Source: the human T2T-CHM13v2.0 reference genome, Homo sapiens. Taken from it: DNA of 64,000 nucleotides. A program made the translations under genes and the position numbers. This document shows, one piece after another, positions 43,550 through 62,430 of this stretch; within the stretch, counting starts at the first letter, position 1, and the number at the start of each line of letters is the position of its first letter. The DNA lies in the NCBI RefSeq assembly GCF_009914755.1, contig NC_060945.1; one strand, 5' to 3'. A model generated the notes under the pieces. That model was not told the origin of the DNA and did no database searches. It saw only the letters and a list, made by a program, of their open reading frames with translations.

Positions 43550-43850
<301 letters not shown>

Positions 43851-44749
43851 TGATCCACCTGCCTCGGCCTCCTAAAGTGCTGGGATTACAGGTGTGAGCT
43901 ACCGTGCCTGGTCAGCCTCTGCATCTTTTTTACCCGCTTACTTGATGATAGGGACTGAGAGAAGTGAGTTAAAATATCCTACACTAATATGTTACTGTCC
44001 TTTGTTGCAGATCCTGAGAAATATCTTTTCACTGTGGATCATGAGGTTCATCATAATCAAGTGATCTTTTCGTATAACTTACTGAGTTTTTCTTGAATTC
44101 AGCTTTCTCAGATGTGACTATTATACACTTTCCCTTGCTTTCTTTTTATTCAGGGACCATCATTTATTTAGGTACCATCATATTATTTTGCTTGTAATTT
44201 GACTTTCAGCTGTTCTGAACCACCTTGTTTTAATATATCAGCATATATTTAGAGTTATCTTTTTAAATGTAATGTGAGGCCGGATGCGGTGGCTCACGCC
44301 TGTAATCCCAGCACTTTGGGAGGCCGAGGCGGGCGGATCACCCGAGGTCAGGAGCTCATAGGCCAGTCTGGCCAACATGGCGAAACCCCATGGTGGTGAG
44401 CGCCTGTAATCCCAGCTACTCGGGAGACTGAGGCAGGGAGAAGTGCTTGAACCTGGGAGGCGGAGGTTGCAGTGAGCCAAGATGGCACCATTGCACTCCA
44501 GCCTGGGCAACACAGCGAGACTCAGTCTCAAAAAAAAAAAAAAAAAACAAGTAATGTGAAAATTTTTAGATTTTATTAAGCTTATTTGACTATATTATAA
44601 TTGATTACCTCTATCTAAAACTCTGTGTATGTAATTTTAATACTTTCTTGCTCTTTCTTTGGTTTCTATCTTTTGTTATGTTTTTCTCTTCTTTGAATTC
44701 AGAAGGCAGATAGTCTTTGGGGTTCTACTAGTGATTACTTGCACAACTT

Positions 44750-45077
44750 TTTTTTTCTTTATTCTAAAAAAATAAAACCGAGATACATGTGCAGAGCGTG
44801 CAGGCTTGTCACATAGGTATCCGTGTGCCGTGGTGGTTTACCACACCCATCAACCCATCCCCTAATTCCCTCCCCTCACCCTCCACCCCCGACAGGCCCC
44901 GGTGTGTGATGTTCCCCTCCCTGTGTCCACGTGTTCTCATTGTTCGACTTCCACTTATGAGTGAGTACATGAGGCGTTTGGTTTTCTGTTCCTGTGTTTG
45001 TCTGCTGAGGATGATGGCTTCCAGCTTCATCCATGTCCCTGCAAGGGACATGATCTCATTCCTTTTTATGGCCGGCT
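44750..45077 (-). mobile_element. 5'-truncated L1PA 3'UTR fragment (~330 bp)
   Basis: gatacatgtgcagagcgtgcagg...ccacttatgagtgag...tccatgtccctgcaagggacatg; flanks acttgcacaacttt / actttcacaacttt are TSD-like. Confidence 0.8.
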
Positions 45078-48000
45078 ACTTTCACAACTTTAAATAGTAT
45101 CCTTAAACCTATTTTTCACAATATATGAAATTCAGTAACATAACCATCCCTCTTTATTTTCTCATATAAAAGATGAGAAAATGGGCCAGGTGTGGTGGCT
45201 TATGCCTGTAATCCCAGCACTTTGGGAGGCTGGGGCAGGAGGATCATTTAAGCCCAGGGGTTCAAGGGTGCGGTTATCTATGATTGCACCACTGCACTCC
45301 AGCTTGGGTGACAGAGCAAGACACTGTCTCAAAAAAAAAAAAAAAAAAAAAAAGAGAGAAAATGTACTCTAGGAGCATCTATTTCTCCATTTCCTAATTT
45401 TATTTACTTGTTCTGGAGTGTTTGTCCTACTTTATATCATTGTCTGTTGAAAATAATGAAATAGTCCTCTCTTTCCCAGGAATTACAATATTCTTGTAAT
45501 TAGAGCTTCTGCATTACTTGGATGTAATTTATAGTTAATAGATTCAATGCTCTGTGCTGATTTTTAATCATACGACTTCCTCATTTCTAATTTATTTATT
45601 TATTTATTTTTAAAAGAGAAATGAGGCCTTGCCCTCAGACCCAGGCTGGTCTTGAACTCTTGGGCTCAAGCGACCCTCCTGACTCAGCCTCCCAAAGTGC
45701 TGGGATTACAGTCATGAGTCACCTCATCCAGCCTAAGTTAATTATTTTAATCTTATCTTTAAAATAGATTGTGTCTTCAAGTAGATTTTTTGAATCTTAT
45801 TGAGGTATACTTGCAGTATACTAAATTGCATGTATCTAAAATGTACAACTGGATCAGTTTAGGTTCACAAGCACCTATGAAACCATCACTGCAATAAAGA
45901 GAATAGCCATTTCCATCTGAGGAAAAGCAACGCTCTATATGGAGGATGGACAACCCAAATATCTAATGTACCGCTAATTTTATAGACCTAAAAATACAAT
46001 AGAACAAAGGGAATAGAAAAAAATTAAAAGCATAATAAAAACAGAATTTCCTGAAATGAAGGAAGACATAAATGTTTACATCAAAGAAGTCCTTCATTAT
46101 AATAAAGAACTATAAACTCTGAGTGAAATTTTTGAAAGACAAGCTTAAAAAGAATATGGCAAAAATAAAGTTATATGCTAAGAAAAGTAGTCTAACTTCA
46201 GATTTCTTCTTTTCTTTTCTTTTCTTTTAGAGGCAGGGTCTCAGTCTGTCACCCAGGCTGGAGTACAGTGGCACCATCTTGGCTCACTGTAGCCTCGACC
46301 TCCTGGGCTCAAGTGAGCCTCCTACCTCAGTCTCCCAAAATGCTGGGATTACAAGCATGAACCACTGTGACTTGCCTTCTTGGCAATTTTAAATGAAAGA
46401 AGAAGATGGAATAATGCCTACTGAGGACTATGTTTGAGGGGTGTTGTATGACCCCGTTTTCCATACCCAGCCAACTTGTCATGTGACAAGTCCACAGAAA
46501 GATGTTATATGGCCAGGAATCTATGAACTAGTCTTCCCTGAAATGTACCTGACTACAGCTAACATCATATCACATGATGAAAGACCGTGTTGTTTTCCCC
46601 TGAGGTTGGCGGTAAGTACACTCACTTTCAATACTTCTGTTCCCCATGGTTCTGGAGGTTGCAGACATGGCAATAGGTAAGGAAAAGACATAAACATAGG
46701 AAGTGACAAAATATAGAGTTTTATGTAAATGGAACCATATGGTAGTTACCTGGGGATGCGGTGGAGAGAGGGAGAGGTTGCCTAAGCTTGTGGGTGATAG
46801 AAATATTTATCTTAATTGTCAAAAATAATATGGGAGAAATTTCCCTTTCCTGTCTTCCTGTGCACAGCTGGAATCATCCCCTTAGCATTTACTCTGCAAA
46901 GTGGCATCTCACCGTCTCTTCTCTCTTTAGATCTTTAGTTGTTTGAGTGGTTGCCTTAGCGTTTGGGAGGAGGACGGAGGCTGTGGTTTCTGGAAACTCC
47001 GGCCCTTTGGCTTCTCTCTGAATGTGTTGACTCCGTGGGAAACTGGCTGTTCTGTGCATGTGGGGGTAACCTTTGTATTTCAGTTTGTTTTTCTGCATTG
47101 GTGTGAGGCAGTCACTTCACTGAGGAGTTGAGCTGGAGTTGTGCCTTGCAGCCTGGCCTGGAGACTTCTGTTGTGTGTGTGAGCGCTTGTTTTTATCCAA
47201 CAGTCGCCGCTTGCCTGCAGCTGCGAAGTATGTGTGTGTCTCCAGATCTCCCCGGTTGAGAAGGGAGGGCCTCTCTGAGGAGTCGACATTTGAGGAGAAA
47301 CTTGAATGAAGGAAAGGAAGGAGCCATTTGGAGATTGTGGGGAAGAGCATGCCAGGGAGAGGGAACAGCAGATAAGGAAGCGCAGGGCCGTGGGGGCTTC
47401 GTGCTGTTTGGCCAAGAGCCTCTTCCTCCTGTCTCGCTGGTCTGCAGCGGGAAGAGTGTCCGAATGAGCCCACTCATGCCTTTGGCTCTTCTAGGCCAGC
47501 AGGGATTTCAGGGTTGCAGGGAGCCCTTCGGAACTTCCTTCTCTTCCTGTGGCGCCCCTCACCGTGCTCCCAATCCCGTGTCTGTGTGCATCCCTGGTGT
47601 GGCCTTTCTCACTTACACCCAGCCAGTGGTCTTTGATGTTTATGACAAGAGGCCGAAGCTCTTCATATTTTCAGATGAAATGGAGTTTTCTTTCTCATGG
47701 AGCTCAGTTATCCATCGTCCCTTTGTCCTTTTGCTCCTGAGAATACATGTGTCTGCTCCATGCTGCGCCAGCCCAGTCATGGAACTCAATGTTTCTGCAG
47801 TTTCCCTCCGAACATTTCCAGTTGCCCAAAGGCATTCGTGGTTTCACAAATTTTACTGAAGGTTTAGTATGGAGACGGCAGAGAGTTGCATCTTGTACTC
47901 CATTGCAAACAATGGAAAATCCTCCTTCGATGCTACTCTGTAGGTTACCCCTAGGTTACCCCTCAGTGGGTGCCACCCCTTAGAGATCGCTCTCACTCTG

Positions 48001-48126
48001 GGAGTGGTCAGAGAGGAGCGCAGGGCTGTCCATGTCCCTCCCACATGGCTGCTGCCTCCTCCTTCCTGACTGCAGCCTCGGGCTGGGAGCTCCCGTCTTC
48101 CTCCCTGGTCACAGCTTGGGAAATCA

Positions 48127-48459
<333 letters not shown>

Positions 48460-48935
48460 TCACCACGTCTATCTAGTGAAAAATATTTTACTCTTGAAAA
48501 ATGTCTAAATCATCCCCAAAGAAAATGCCATACTTCATTAGAATTCACTGTCTATTCCTCTCCTCGCAGCCCCTGGCAACCACCCATGGGACTGGGCTGA
48601 TACAGTGGGGCACACACATGGCACATGGGACATCTGTACATTGGACTATTCTTCAACCATTTAAAAAAAATGGGCCAGGTGCTGTTGCTCAGGTTGGTAA
48701 TCTCAGCACTTTGGGAGGCCAAGGAAGGAGAATCACTCAAGGCTGGGAGTTTGAGACTAGCCTGGGCAACATAGAAAGAACCCATCTCTACAAAAAAAAT
48801 TAAAAAATCAGCCAGGTGTATGGTGCATGCCTGTGGTCCCAGCTACCTGGGGGGCTGGGGTGGGAGGATAGCTTGAGCCTGGGAGGTCCAGGCTGCAGTG
48901 AGCCATATCTCGCCACTGCACTCCAGCCTGTGTGA

Positions 48936-49280
<345 letters not shown>

Positions 49281-49895
49281 TAGTTCGGATCTGTGCTACA
49301 ACATGAATGAATCTTGGACATTATGCAACTTCATATAAATGCAGTCACATAATATGTGGCCTTTTGTATCTTTTTTTTTTTTCATTTAACATAATGTTTT
49401 CTTGGAGGTCCAGCCACACTGCGGCATGTATCAGAATGCATGTGGCGAGTATACTATCTCTGTATGGCTAGACCATATTGTGTTCCTCCATTGGTCTATT
49501 GATGGACATTTGAGTTGTTTCTTCCTTTTGGCTATTGTGGGTAATGCTGCTATGAACATTTGTGTAGAAGTGTTTGTTGAGTCCCTGCTTTCACCTGTTT
49601 TGGATATATTCCTAGGAGTAGAATTGTGGGGTCATTATTGCATTTTAATTAGAAGGACTCTCTACTCTCTGAAATGTGTTGGTGACATCATTGTCTGTGG
49701 CTTTTTGAGGATTCCTGTCCATCATTTCACATTTTCTGAATTCTCCAGTTTCACCTACTTGAAGGTCTCCCATAGAACCACTCATGGACTCCAAGGTGCC
49801 TGTTGTGAAGGCCTTGACCCCTCTCACATGCTGCTCTTGTTTTGCACTGAAATACTAAATAAGAGGAACAGTGCTTTGCCGTTGTCGGGGGCTGA

Positions 49896-50417
<522 letters not shown>

Positions 50418-51354
50418 TAAGAGGGTGGAGTCTATTATAGATGGACAGGGCAGCTACGGAGCCCACTGCTCCTGGGCCTCCCAAAGTCTCCTTCTCGTCC
50501 CATTGCCCTCATCTCTGTGCTCCATTCTCCCTCCTCCAGACTTCATGCTCTAGGAAACCAGATTAATTTTGTAGTTAACCCAACCTCCAAAGGCAGCTTC
50601 TGGGCTGAGGCCTCTCCCAAGGATGTTCTTGGGTTGTGTAGGCTGCCAGGTGGTGCTAGACTTAAGTCTATCTCAGAGCCAGCCCCTGGTTGTCCCTTTT
50701 CGTGCCCTTTCCCCTCCACCCTCAGGCAGTTGAGCTTGCTGAGGCATCAGGCTCTATACCTTAGTGGGAGTCAAAGCTGGTTTGCTAGCTTTCCAAGGAA
50801 CAACTCCAGCCTCCTGCCTTCCCTGCATCCCCCTCCAATTAAAATACAGACCCGGGTCAGCAGTGGCTCAGGCCTGTCATCCCAACATTTGAGAGGCCGA
50901 GGTGGGTGGATTGCTTGAGGCTAGGAGTTTGAGACCAGCCTGGCCAACATGGTGAAACCCCGACTCTACTAAAAATACAAAAATTAGCCGGGTGTGGTGG
51001 CGCAAGCCTGTAATCCCAGTTACTCAGGAGGCTGAGGCGTGAGAATTGCTTGAACCTGGGAGGTTGGAGGTTGCAGTGAGCCAAGATTGTGCCGCTGCAC
51101 TCCAGCCTGGGTGACAGAGGGAGACTCAGTCTCAAAAAAACAAAACAAAACAAAACAAAAAAAACCACAGACCTGAAATTTAGCTGGGGCTATGTCTGGT
51201 CCTGCACATACAACAGCAAATGACGTGGACAGTCTCTGAACTCAGACCCTAGAGTCTAATGGAAGATTCAGAAAAGCGTGTGTTCCAATTAATAAAATAC
51301 TTACACATTCTGAGAAAAACTGTGTGGGAAATGAACAGTGTGCTGAGATAATGA

Positions 51355-51696
<342 letters not shown>

Positions 51697-51816
51697 TAGC
51701 CAGGATGGTCTCAATCTCCTGACCTCGTGATCTGCCGCCTTGGCCTCCCAAAGTGCTGGGATTACAGGCATGAGCCCACTGCGCCTGGCCAGGATGTATC
51801 TTAGTTCTTAATGTAG

Positions 51817-52358
<542 letters not shown>

Positions 52359-52497
52359 TAATCTTTGTTATGCTCTAGATTGTTTTCTCTGCTGTATATT
52401 CTAACCCTTTTGTTTACTTTTAAAAAATGTATTTATTTTAAACTTTTAAATATTTTATTAAAATTTTTTAAATTTAAGAGACTTTTCCATTTTCTAA

Positions 52498-52674
<177 letters not shown>

Positions 52675-53367
52675 TGATCTGCCCGCTTCGGCCTCCCCAA
52701 GTGCTGGGATTACATAGCATTCTATTCTTATAGACAAAATGTGACCTTGAATTTTTCTGAGAATAGAGATTTTTTTTTTTTTTTTTTAAGACAAGGTCCC
52801 ACTCTGTCACTCAGGCTGGAGTGCAGTAGTGCAATCATGGCTCACTGCAGCCTCGACCTCCTGGGCTCAAGAGATCCTTCCTCCTCAGATCCCAAGTAGA
52901 TGGGACTGCAGGTGCAAGCCACTGCTCCCTACTAATTTATTTTTTGTATAGATGAGGGTCTTGCTGAGTTGCCCAGGCTGGTCTGGAACTGCTGGCTTAA
53001 AGCGATACTCCCAACTTGGCCTTCCAAAGTATTGAGATTACAGGCATGAACCATCACACCTGGCCTAAATTGAGATTTTCTTCCCTGAATCATCTGTTTC
53101 CTCTGGTGTCAGGTGTTTTCTCTTTGTTCGTCTTTTCTCTCCCTTTCATGATGCAGTATTTCCTCAAATGTCTGGTGACTCTTTGGTGTGTGAGGCAATA
53201 CAGAGGCTGGCAGGGAGTGTTGCTTACATAAGCAAGGTTTGTCAAAAGGGGGGCTTCCTTTTAGCCAGAGAAAGTAGGAAACTGGGTTTACCCCCAAGGA
53301 TTTCTCAAATGCCAGAAGTAGAGGGCTTCGTGGGGAGGCGCCAGCACTTGTACTACCCACCTCATAA

Positions 53368-53760
<393 letters not shown>

Positions 53761-53990
53761 TGAGGTCTTGTTACATTGCTCAGGCTGGTCTTGAACTTCT
53801 AAGTTCAAGCAATCCTCTCACCTTGGCCTCTCAAAATGCTGGGATTACAGGCCACCATGCCTGGCTCATTGTAGTTTTAATGGGAACCAGATTTGATTTT
53901 GGAAAAATAAAGGCATGAAATGTTCTGCCTGAGTACTATGGAGCAATTTGTAGTTATTACCAAGGTGAATGCTATTTTTTCTTTTTTTGA

Positions 53991-54131
<141 letters not shown>

Positions 54132-55219
54132 TAGCTAATTTTTGTATTTTTAGTAGAGACGGGGTTTCACTATGTTAGCCAGGCTGGTCTCAAACTCCTG
54201 ACCTCAAATGATCCGCCTGCCTCGGTCTCCTAAAGTGCTGGTTACAGGCATGAGCCACCGTGCCTGGCCAGAATACTAAATTTTATAACAGAAGTATCTG
54301 AGGGGCTACAGATGGAAAAAGAGGATACCGCTTCCACTCAGAGGGTTGTCTGGGATGTCACCACTGTGCACACATATCAGGAGGGAGCTGGGAATCACTT
54401 GCCATCCAGGTTCAAGGTCATCCAAGTATAGCACTGGATGTTCCCATTCTCACAACCTCTTCCCCATTCTGGGCCTTCACTGCCTCCAACTCATGTCAGC
54501 AAGATCATGATGAGCTCCTACCTAAGGCGGGCCTCAGCTTCCCCAGATACCTGTTGAAGCCACTAGACCAAAACTCTCCTATATTTTCCGGGCTGGTCAG
54601 TCTTACCTTCTGGCTATGTCTTATGCTGGTTGGGAACTTACACAAATGCTTTATTTTGGAAAAATGCCTGGGATGACAAAAAACAAATCCGAGACCTCCC
54701 CAGAGCTGGAGGCCTTGGAGGCTCCCCGGCAGGAGCTGGTGGGCTCCCGGCAGGAGGGAGAGCTTGAGCCAGTCAATCATTTACCCAGCAAGCATGGGGA
54801 AGGTGGTGAGCTTTTCAATAGAAAGCCCTCAGGAGAAAGGAATTAAAGTGCGTATTGTGCTGGGCTTTCCTGGGGTGAAGCTGGCAGAGCAAGAGGTGAG
54901 GTGAGGAAGAGGCAGGTGATTAGCCCCCGCAGGGGCTGGGCCTTCCCTGATTTATGGGGTGACCCTCACTGGCCTTTCCCAGGCAGGAAATGGGCTGTTT
55001 ACTAATGCCTTCCCCCTGCCACACACCTGTGAAAGCCAGTTGGTAGTATTTTAAAATAATTTACTAGAATGAAGTTTCTGTGTTTTCCTTTGGATAGTTG
55101 CCCAGTAACTGGCTTTGTGTTTTTTATTTTTTTAAAAATGGCTTAAAATATGCAGGATCTTAAGCTTCAATATTTCTGTTTGTCTCTCTCTGTCTTTGTC
55201 TCACTATCTGTCTGTCTCT

Positions 55220-55222
<3 letters not shown>

Positions 55223-55264
<42 letters not shown>
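55223..55264. repeat. (AC)21 microsatellite, probably STR marker D21S1252
   Basis: Perfect dinucleotide run seen directly; the flanks tgtctttgtctcactatctg and agccacagagcattgc resemble the D21S1252 primers as I recall them (marker name unverified). Confidence 0.85.
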
Positions 55265-55266
<2 letters not shown>

Positions 55267-58200
55267 GTGTCTCAGGCAAGAAAGGGGTCCTCACCCTAGG
55301 AGATGTAAGATGGCTTTTCTTTAAATCGTGGAAGTCTTAGTTAATTCTTTTTAAACTAATTCATCACTGGCTCTGGGGCTTCTCTGCTTTCTCCTCCTTC
55401 CTGCCACAGTGACCTTAAGCCACAGAGCATTGCCAATTCTAATTTTGTCTAAAATTGGTGCTTCTGGCAGAAGAAATGTGCTGTTGGCTTGCCTTTGAGC
55501 TTTGCCTGCCTCGGGTTAGCAAGGCCTCCGTCAGGGACTCTGTCTCCAGTCTACGCAGCATGCAAAGTCAGCCATGCTACCTGCCCTGACAGGGGCATCT
55601 GATGCCAGGTGAGGAGCCACCCATTCTGTTTGTAAGAGATGCAAAAACTGCCTTTGGGGGAATTGCAATTCATTCCCTTCAAGGCACTGAGATGGCCCTT
55701 ACAGTGCACAGATGAAAAACCACTGCCAATTTAGCATTGTATTCTAGGACAAATAGGGGAAGGCTCACTCTGAGAATGAACGATGGGCCCAGGTGCTTGC
55801 TGGCCTCAGGAAAGGTGCTCAGCTCCACCTCCTGTTCTGCTGCCCTCTCCTCCCCCAAGACCCACACACATGAAGTCCTATTGGGTCTCCATGTAGCTCT
55901 TAGGAACTATTTTACTAAACCGTCGCTTACGTGCAGTAGGAAATTTGAAGTTCCAGTTGCATGAAAGTTTTCTCATGGTGAAGGGACTTTACGGGCATCT
56001 TCAAGTCACGTGAGCAAATGCTTTACTTTTCTCAGCCCCAGTTTTCCCGTCTGTGGAAGGAGGGTGAGGATGGTGCTGACTTCTTGTGTGGCTGTGAAGA
56101 TCGAAGGTGGTAAATCTGTGCTGTTGATTGCTCCCTCCTCCTTGAAACGGGCTCTGCCCTTGGCTTCCAGGACGCTCCTCTTTTGGTTCCCCTTGCCCCC
56201 TGGGCATTTCTCACCTGGCTCCTGTGCTGAATCCCCCAGCCTCTGCTAGCTTCTATACGCCACTCTCTCTAGGGCTCGGCCCGGTCTCTCGGGTTCCTCA
56301 TCTATATTCACCTCCAGTGTGATCTTTTCTAGTTGCATGGTTTAAATTCCATCTCTGGGCCAATCTCTCCAGCTCAGGGCTGTCCCTGAACTTATATATC
56401 TAAGTACCCACTCAACTTCTCCACTCAAGGTAGCTCACACCAAATAGATGAGAGCAAACTTGATCTACCTCATCAACACCCATTCTTTCTGGAATCTTCT
56501 TAATTTCAGAAAATGGTAATGCTCTTCTTCCAGTCGATCCAGTCCCAAGCCTTGGCATCATCTTTAAAGCATCTTTTTTTTTTTTCACTCTGCATGCCTG
56601 GCCATCAGGAAACCCTATCAGCTCTACCTGCAGACCCATCCCCATCTCTTCCCACCTCTCCACTGCCACCGCCTAGTCCAGACCCACATGGAGTCTACCT
56701 GCCTGGATTGTCACCATCCATGCTTCTCCTTCTGCCTGGCAGTGGGGGACAGGGGGACCAAGGCAGGGAGGCAGGATGGCGTTGTGGCCAAATGTGGGGC
56801 TTTGGGGCCAGGATTTTTGGGTGCAAATTCTGGTGCTGTCTTTGATTTCTTACTATCAATAAATTGATTGTTATTATACACATTTCAAATTGTGCTGTAG
56901 TTTTCAAATTATTTCCATTCAGGACCGCAGTGGTTGACATGAAAGTGGGATTTCTGGGACATTTCAGAAGGCTTTGATTTCAAGAGGCTAAATCTATGAA
57001 ATCAATTAGGGTGTGTTGTCCAAGAGGGGAAACAGGTGCTTTCAGTATAGGAGGGGGCGGCTCCATCTCGGGAAACAGCTTCCCAGAAACTGCCTGGGAA
57101 AAAGGTTACTTTTTCTCTAGGGTCCTACAGGGTGGAAGATTCCAGTGCCTATTTAAAGGGAGGTATGAGGAGCACTGGGAGCTCCTAGGCTGTGAAGGCA
57201 TCAGGCCTGGCAATCAGTGGGAAACCAGGGCGACCCCAAGGACTGAAGACCGACGCCCCCTTCCCTTCTAAGTCTAGGGCCTCCCTTAGTGCTGGGCCCC
57301 TGAGACCCCCTCAATGCAGGGGTAGGGGACCAGAAAACATGGCTGACTTTAATTTACATTTTTTCCCCATAATGACTTTAGATCTCTCTGGATTGGAGCC
57401 AAATTTGATTTGATTAAGAGAAATAAAGAAATGCAGCATTCTTAATCCATAAGAGTCATGCTGTAAATTTATGCCTATAACAACAGTTTTCTGGAACACA
57501 TGAGTCAGACTCATGTTCCTTTTTCAGTCTGAAATGTGGGGTTGTGCATTGTACTTCCACAAGGAGATCATGCTTTTGTTGAAACAACCTTGGTTAAGAA
57601 ATCCTAGTCCCAAAGATTTGGGTGGATACAGGCATCTCTCATGGCCAAGGTTGTAATGTGGCAAAGAGGGGCTCAGAGGACCCGAGGAATGGCGAGAGCC
57701 AGAGAGAAGGGAGAGCCAGGTGCTGCATTCTTACACCTGTTTCCTGAGTGTGGGAACCAAGGTCTTACGAAGGTCAACTTCCTGTCTGAGCTGGCCAGCT
57801 TTTGGATGACGGAGCCACGCGTGTCCCTTCCTGTGTGCCAGTTCCTGTTTCCCATGGGATTCCATCTTGGCCCTCTGGGTCTGACATCACCTTTCATCCA
57901 ATCCAGCTAGGACCCAGTTAACACAAGCCCTGTAGAGTGATGGTTCTGCAAAGAGCCGAATATGGCCATGAAGCAATTCCCTGAGTTATTTGGATATAGT
58001 CTGGACATAAATGTGCTTAGATTATAGGTCATGTGTCTTCTTGAGTTAATGTATTCACCCCTTGCCTACCTGTCTGGGTTCAAATCCTGGGTCTTTTTCT
58101 TACTTGCTCTGTGACCCTGGGCAAGTAACTTAATCTCTTTGTGCTTTAGTTTTCTCCTTTGTAAAATGGGGTTAAGAATAATATTTAGCTAGTGCGGTGG

Positions 58201-58682
58201 CTCACCCTTATAATCCCAGCACTTTGGGAGGCTGAGGCAGGAGGATTGCTTGAGCCAGCCCGGGAGTTGGAGATCAGCCTGGGCAAAACAGTGAGACCCT
58301 GTCTCTTAAAAAAAAAAAAAAAAAAAAATTTAGTCAGCTGTGTGGTGGTGGACACCTGTAGTCCCAGCTACTCAGGAGGCTGAGATGGGAGGATTGGTTG
58401 AGCCCAGGAGGCTGGACTGCAGTGAGCTGTGATTGAGTCACTGAACTCCAGCTTGGGTGACAGAGCAAGATCCTATCTCAAAAAACCAAAACAAAACAGA
58501 AAAAAAATAATACTATTTATCTCACATTGGATCAAATTAATAGATGAAAAGTATGCCTGATACATAGTAAGTGATCAATAAATAGTAATCACTATTACTT
58601 TCACCTGAGGAAGAAAGCGAGCCATATGTTATTTCAGTAGTGACAGAATTCAGAGAAAGAGTTTGAAAAAGTTATTTTTTCA

Positions 58683-58856
<174 letters not shown>

Positions 58857-58859
58857 TCA

Positions 58860-59126
<267 letters not shown>

Positions 59127-59320
59127 TTATAACTTAAAGAATAGATGACAACTGCTTGTTTTATCCTAAATAAATGAGGACCTCTCAGATCTCAATGCCT
59201 GGCCTAAATAGCATGGCAGATCCCAGCCTCCTCAGCTTCTCTGTGGTCAGATAAAGGCCAAGATGTGTTGCACCCACTCCTTCCAGAAGAGTCATCTGTT
59301 GCCTGGGGTCTAGAGGTTCA

Positions 59321-59617
<297 letters not shown>

Positions 59618-60524
59618 TCAAACAAACAAACAAAAAAGAAATATGTAAGTATGTGTACAGCTGTTCCTTCAATCCTCCACTCTTCAATATTGCTAGGAGG
59701 CCCCTGAGGGATTTTATCACAACATAGTTTATTAGGTATAAATGGCAGAGCCTAAAGCAATCAGAAGAGGGCTGCCTGGTGGGCACATGTTACCGGTGTG
59801 AGCCTTGGCCAGTGGAGAAGCAGGTGCCTGACCCACTCAGGCCAGGAGGAGGCACCAAGTCAGGAGAGCGTTAGCAGGCCTCAGGCCTTGTTGATTCCGG
59901 GGCTCTGGGCTGTGGGCTGCTTGGCCTGCCCTTTCGACACCAGTTCTCAAGCCTCTTGACCACTGTACTAGAGCCTCCCTGGCACTGATACCAGGGTCTC
60001 AGCAGGCCATTCAAGCGAGCCTGGCCAGCTGGCTACTGCGGCTCTTCCCTGCATGCAGTGACTGCTGGAACCCTGACTCCCAGACTGCAGAGAATAGAGG
60101 GACTTCACGTGACAGCCCCTCTGTGTGTAGGTCTCAGGCCAAGCCCTTCCATGGAGTGAGCTGTTTCCTCCCACATTCAGAGCCTCAGGTTGGGGACAGA
60201 GGCATGAGCAGGTGCTGTCCGAGGTGGGCCAAGGACATGAGCCCATGTGGATGTCAGAGCAGGCCCAGGCTCCCTGGGCTGCTGGGGGGTGTGTGTCACC
60301 ATGTGACTTAGATCATGGCCAGCAGGGATCAGCAGTGTTCTCAGAGCCATCAGGCCTCCCCCAGCTTCCCAGACATTTTTCGCAGCTGCAGGAACAGCCA
60401 CAGATGCTAGGACCTGTTCTCATTGCATCCAGGACTGGCCACCCCAGAAAAGAAGCCAGTGAAGTCCCAGTGGGGCCCTTGGGGGCAAGTGGTGCTCCTA
60501 ACTGGGCTTTTTGCCAAAGCCTAG

Positions 60525-60683
<159 letters not shown>

Positions 60684-61247
60684 TGAGTAGCTGGGATTAC
60701 AGGTGCCCACAACCGCACCCAGCTAATTTTTGTATTTTTATAAGAGATGAGGTTTCAGCATGTTGGTCAGGCTGCTCTCAAACTGTGACCTCAGGTGATC
60801 CGCCCGCCTCAGCCTCCCAAAGTGCTGGGATTACAGGCATGAGCCACCATGCCCGGCCCCGTTTCCTTCTGACTCTTGTTTTTTTACCAGTGGGGACCTA
60901 TTGCTCACAGGAAGAAAAAAACAGCGTCCTTATTTTGTGACTTCTGGCAACTGTCTTTTTCCGAGGAAGCCCCTTCCCTTCTGCCCTGCCTCTGAGTTCA
61001 AGCCGGGATGCAGCTCCTAGTGTTTTCAAGCGTCTTACAGATGGAGATCAGCCCCGTCTTCCTCCAACGTCCCCACCCCGCATCGGAGTCAGGACTCCAC
61101 GGTGCTGTGGTCAGCACGGCTGCATGGTCCTGCGACCCTGAGCCCCAGTGGGCTCTGACTGTGGTTACCAGCGCCTTAGGAGACAGAGTAACAGTCTGGA
61201 AGCAGAAACAGAGACTGTCCATTTCATAAACAGCCACATCCGCAAGG

Positions 61248-61253
61248 TTTATT
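61248..61253 (-). terminator. CLDN14: CLDN14 polyadenylation signal (AATAAA on the - strand)
   Basis: TTTATT on + strand ~325 nt past the stop codon; minus-strand downstream sequence is GU/U-rich (gtctctgtttctgctt). Confidence 0.8.
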
Positions 61254-61336
61254 CCTGGATCACAAACCAACCCCACTGACCAAACTCCCAAGTCACTTTA
61301 TATTAAACTTGTTATCAAATCACCCACATAAATATA

Positions 61337-61343
61337 TATAATA
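61337..61343 (-). promoter_or_regulatory. miR-374 7mer-m8 seed site (UAUUAUA) in the CLDN14 3'UTR
   Basis: TATAATA on + strand; miR-374 repression of CLDN14 is established. Confidence 0.7.
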
Positions 61344-61375
61344 AATACAAAAACAGACAGGATTTTTTTTTTCAG

Positions 61376-61383
61376 TCTTTGGT
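61376..61383 (-). promoter_or_regulatory. miR-9-5p 8mer seed site (ACCAAAGA) in the CLDN14 3'UTR
   Basis: TCTTTGGT on + strand; miR-9 repression of CLDN14 is established. Confidence 0.8.
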
Positions 61384-61576
61384 ATAGAGAGCTTTCTCCT
61401 CCTCTTATTTCCCCCTCTGTCCCTGTGCTCTAAAGACATTTCCTCGCATTCACATTATTTCCTTGGATACAAAAATTGCCCAGAAGTAAACTTTGTGCTG
61501 GAACCCCTGCCTCCATTGACAGTCCCGCCGGGGACCCAGCCCACAGCAGCCCAGGGGAGAAGCAGGCTGTGGGGAC

Positions 61577-62430
<854 letters not shown>

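Noticed and set aside
47942-47962. Direct repeat aggttaccct x2
   Set aside because: A 10-bp micro-duplication with no further structure; expected background
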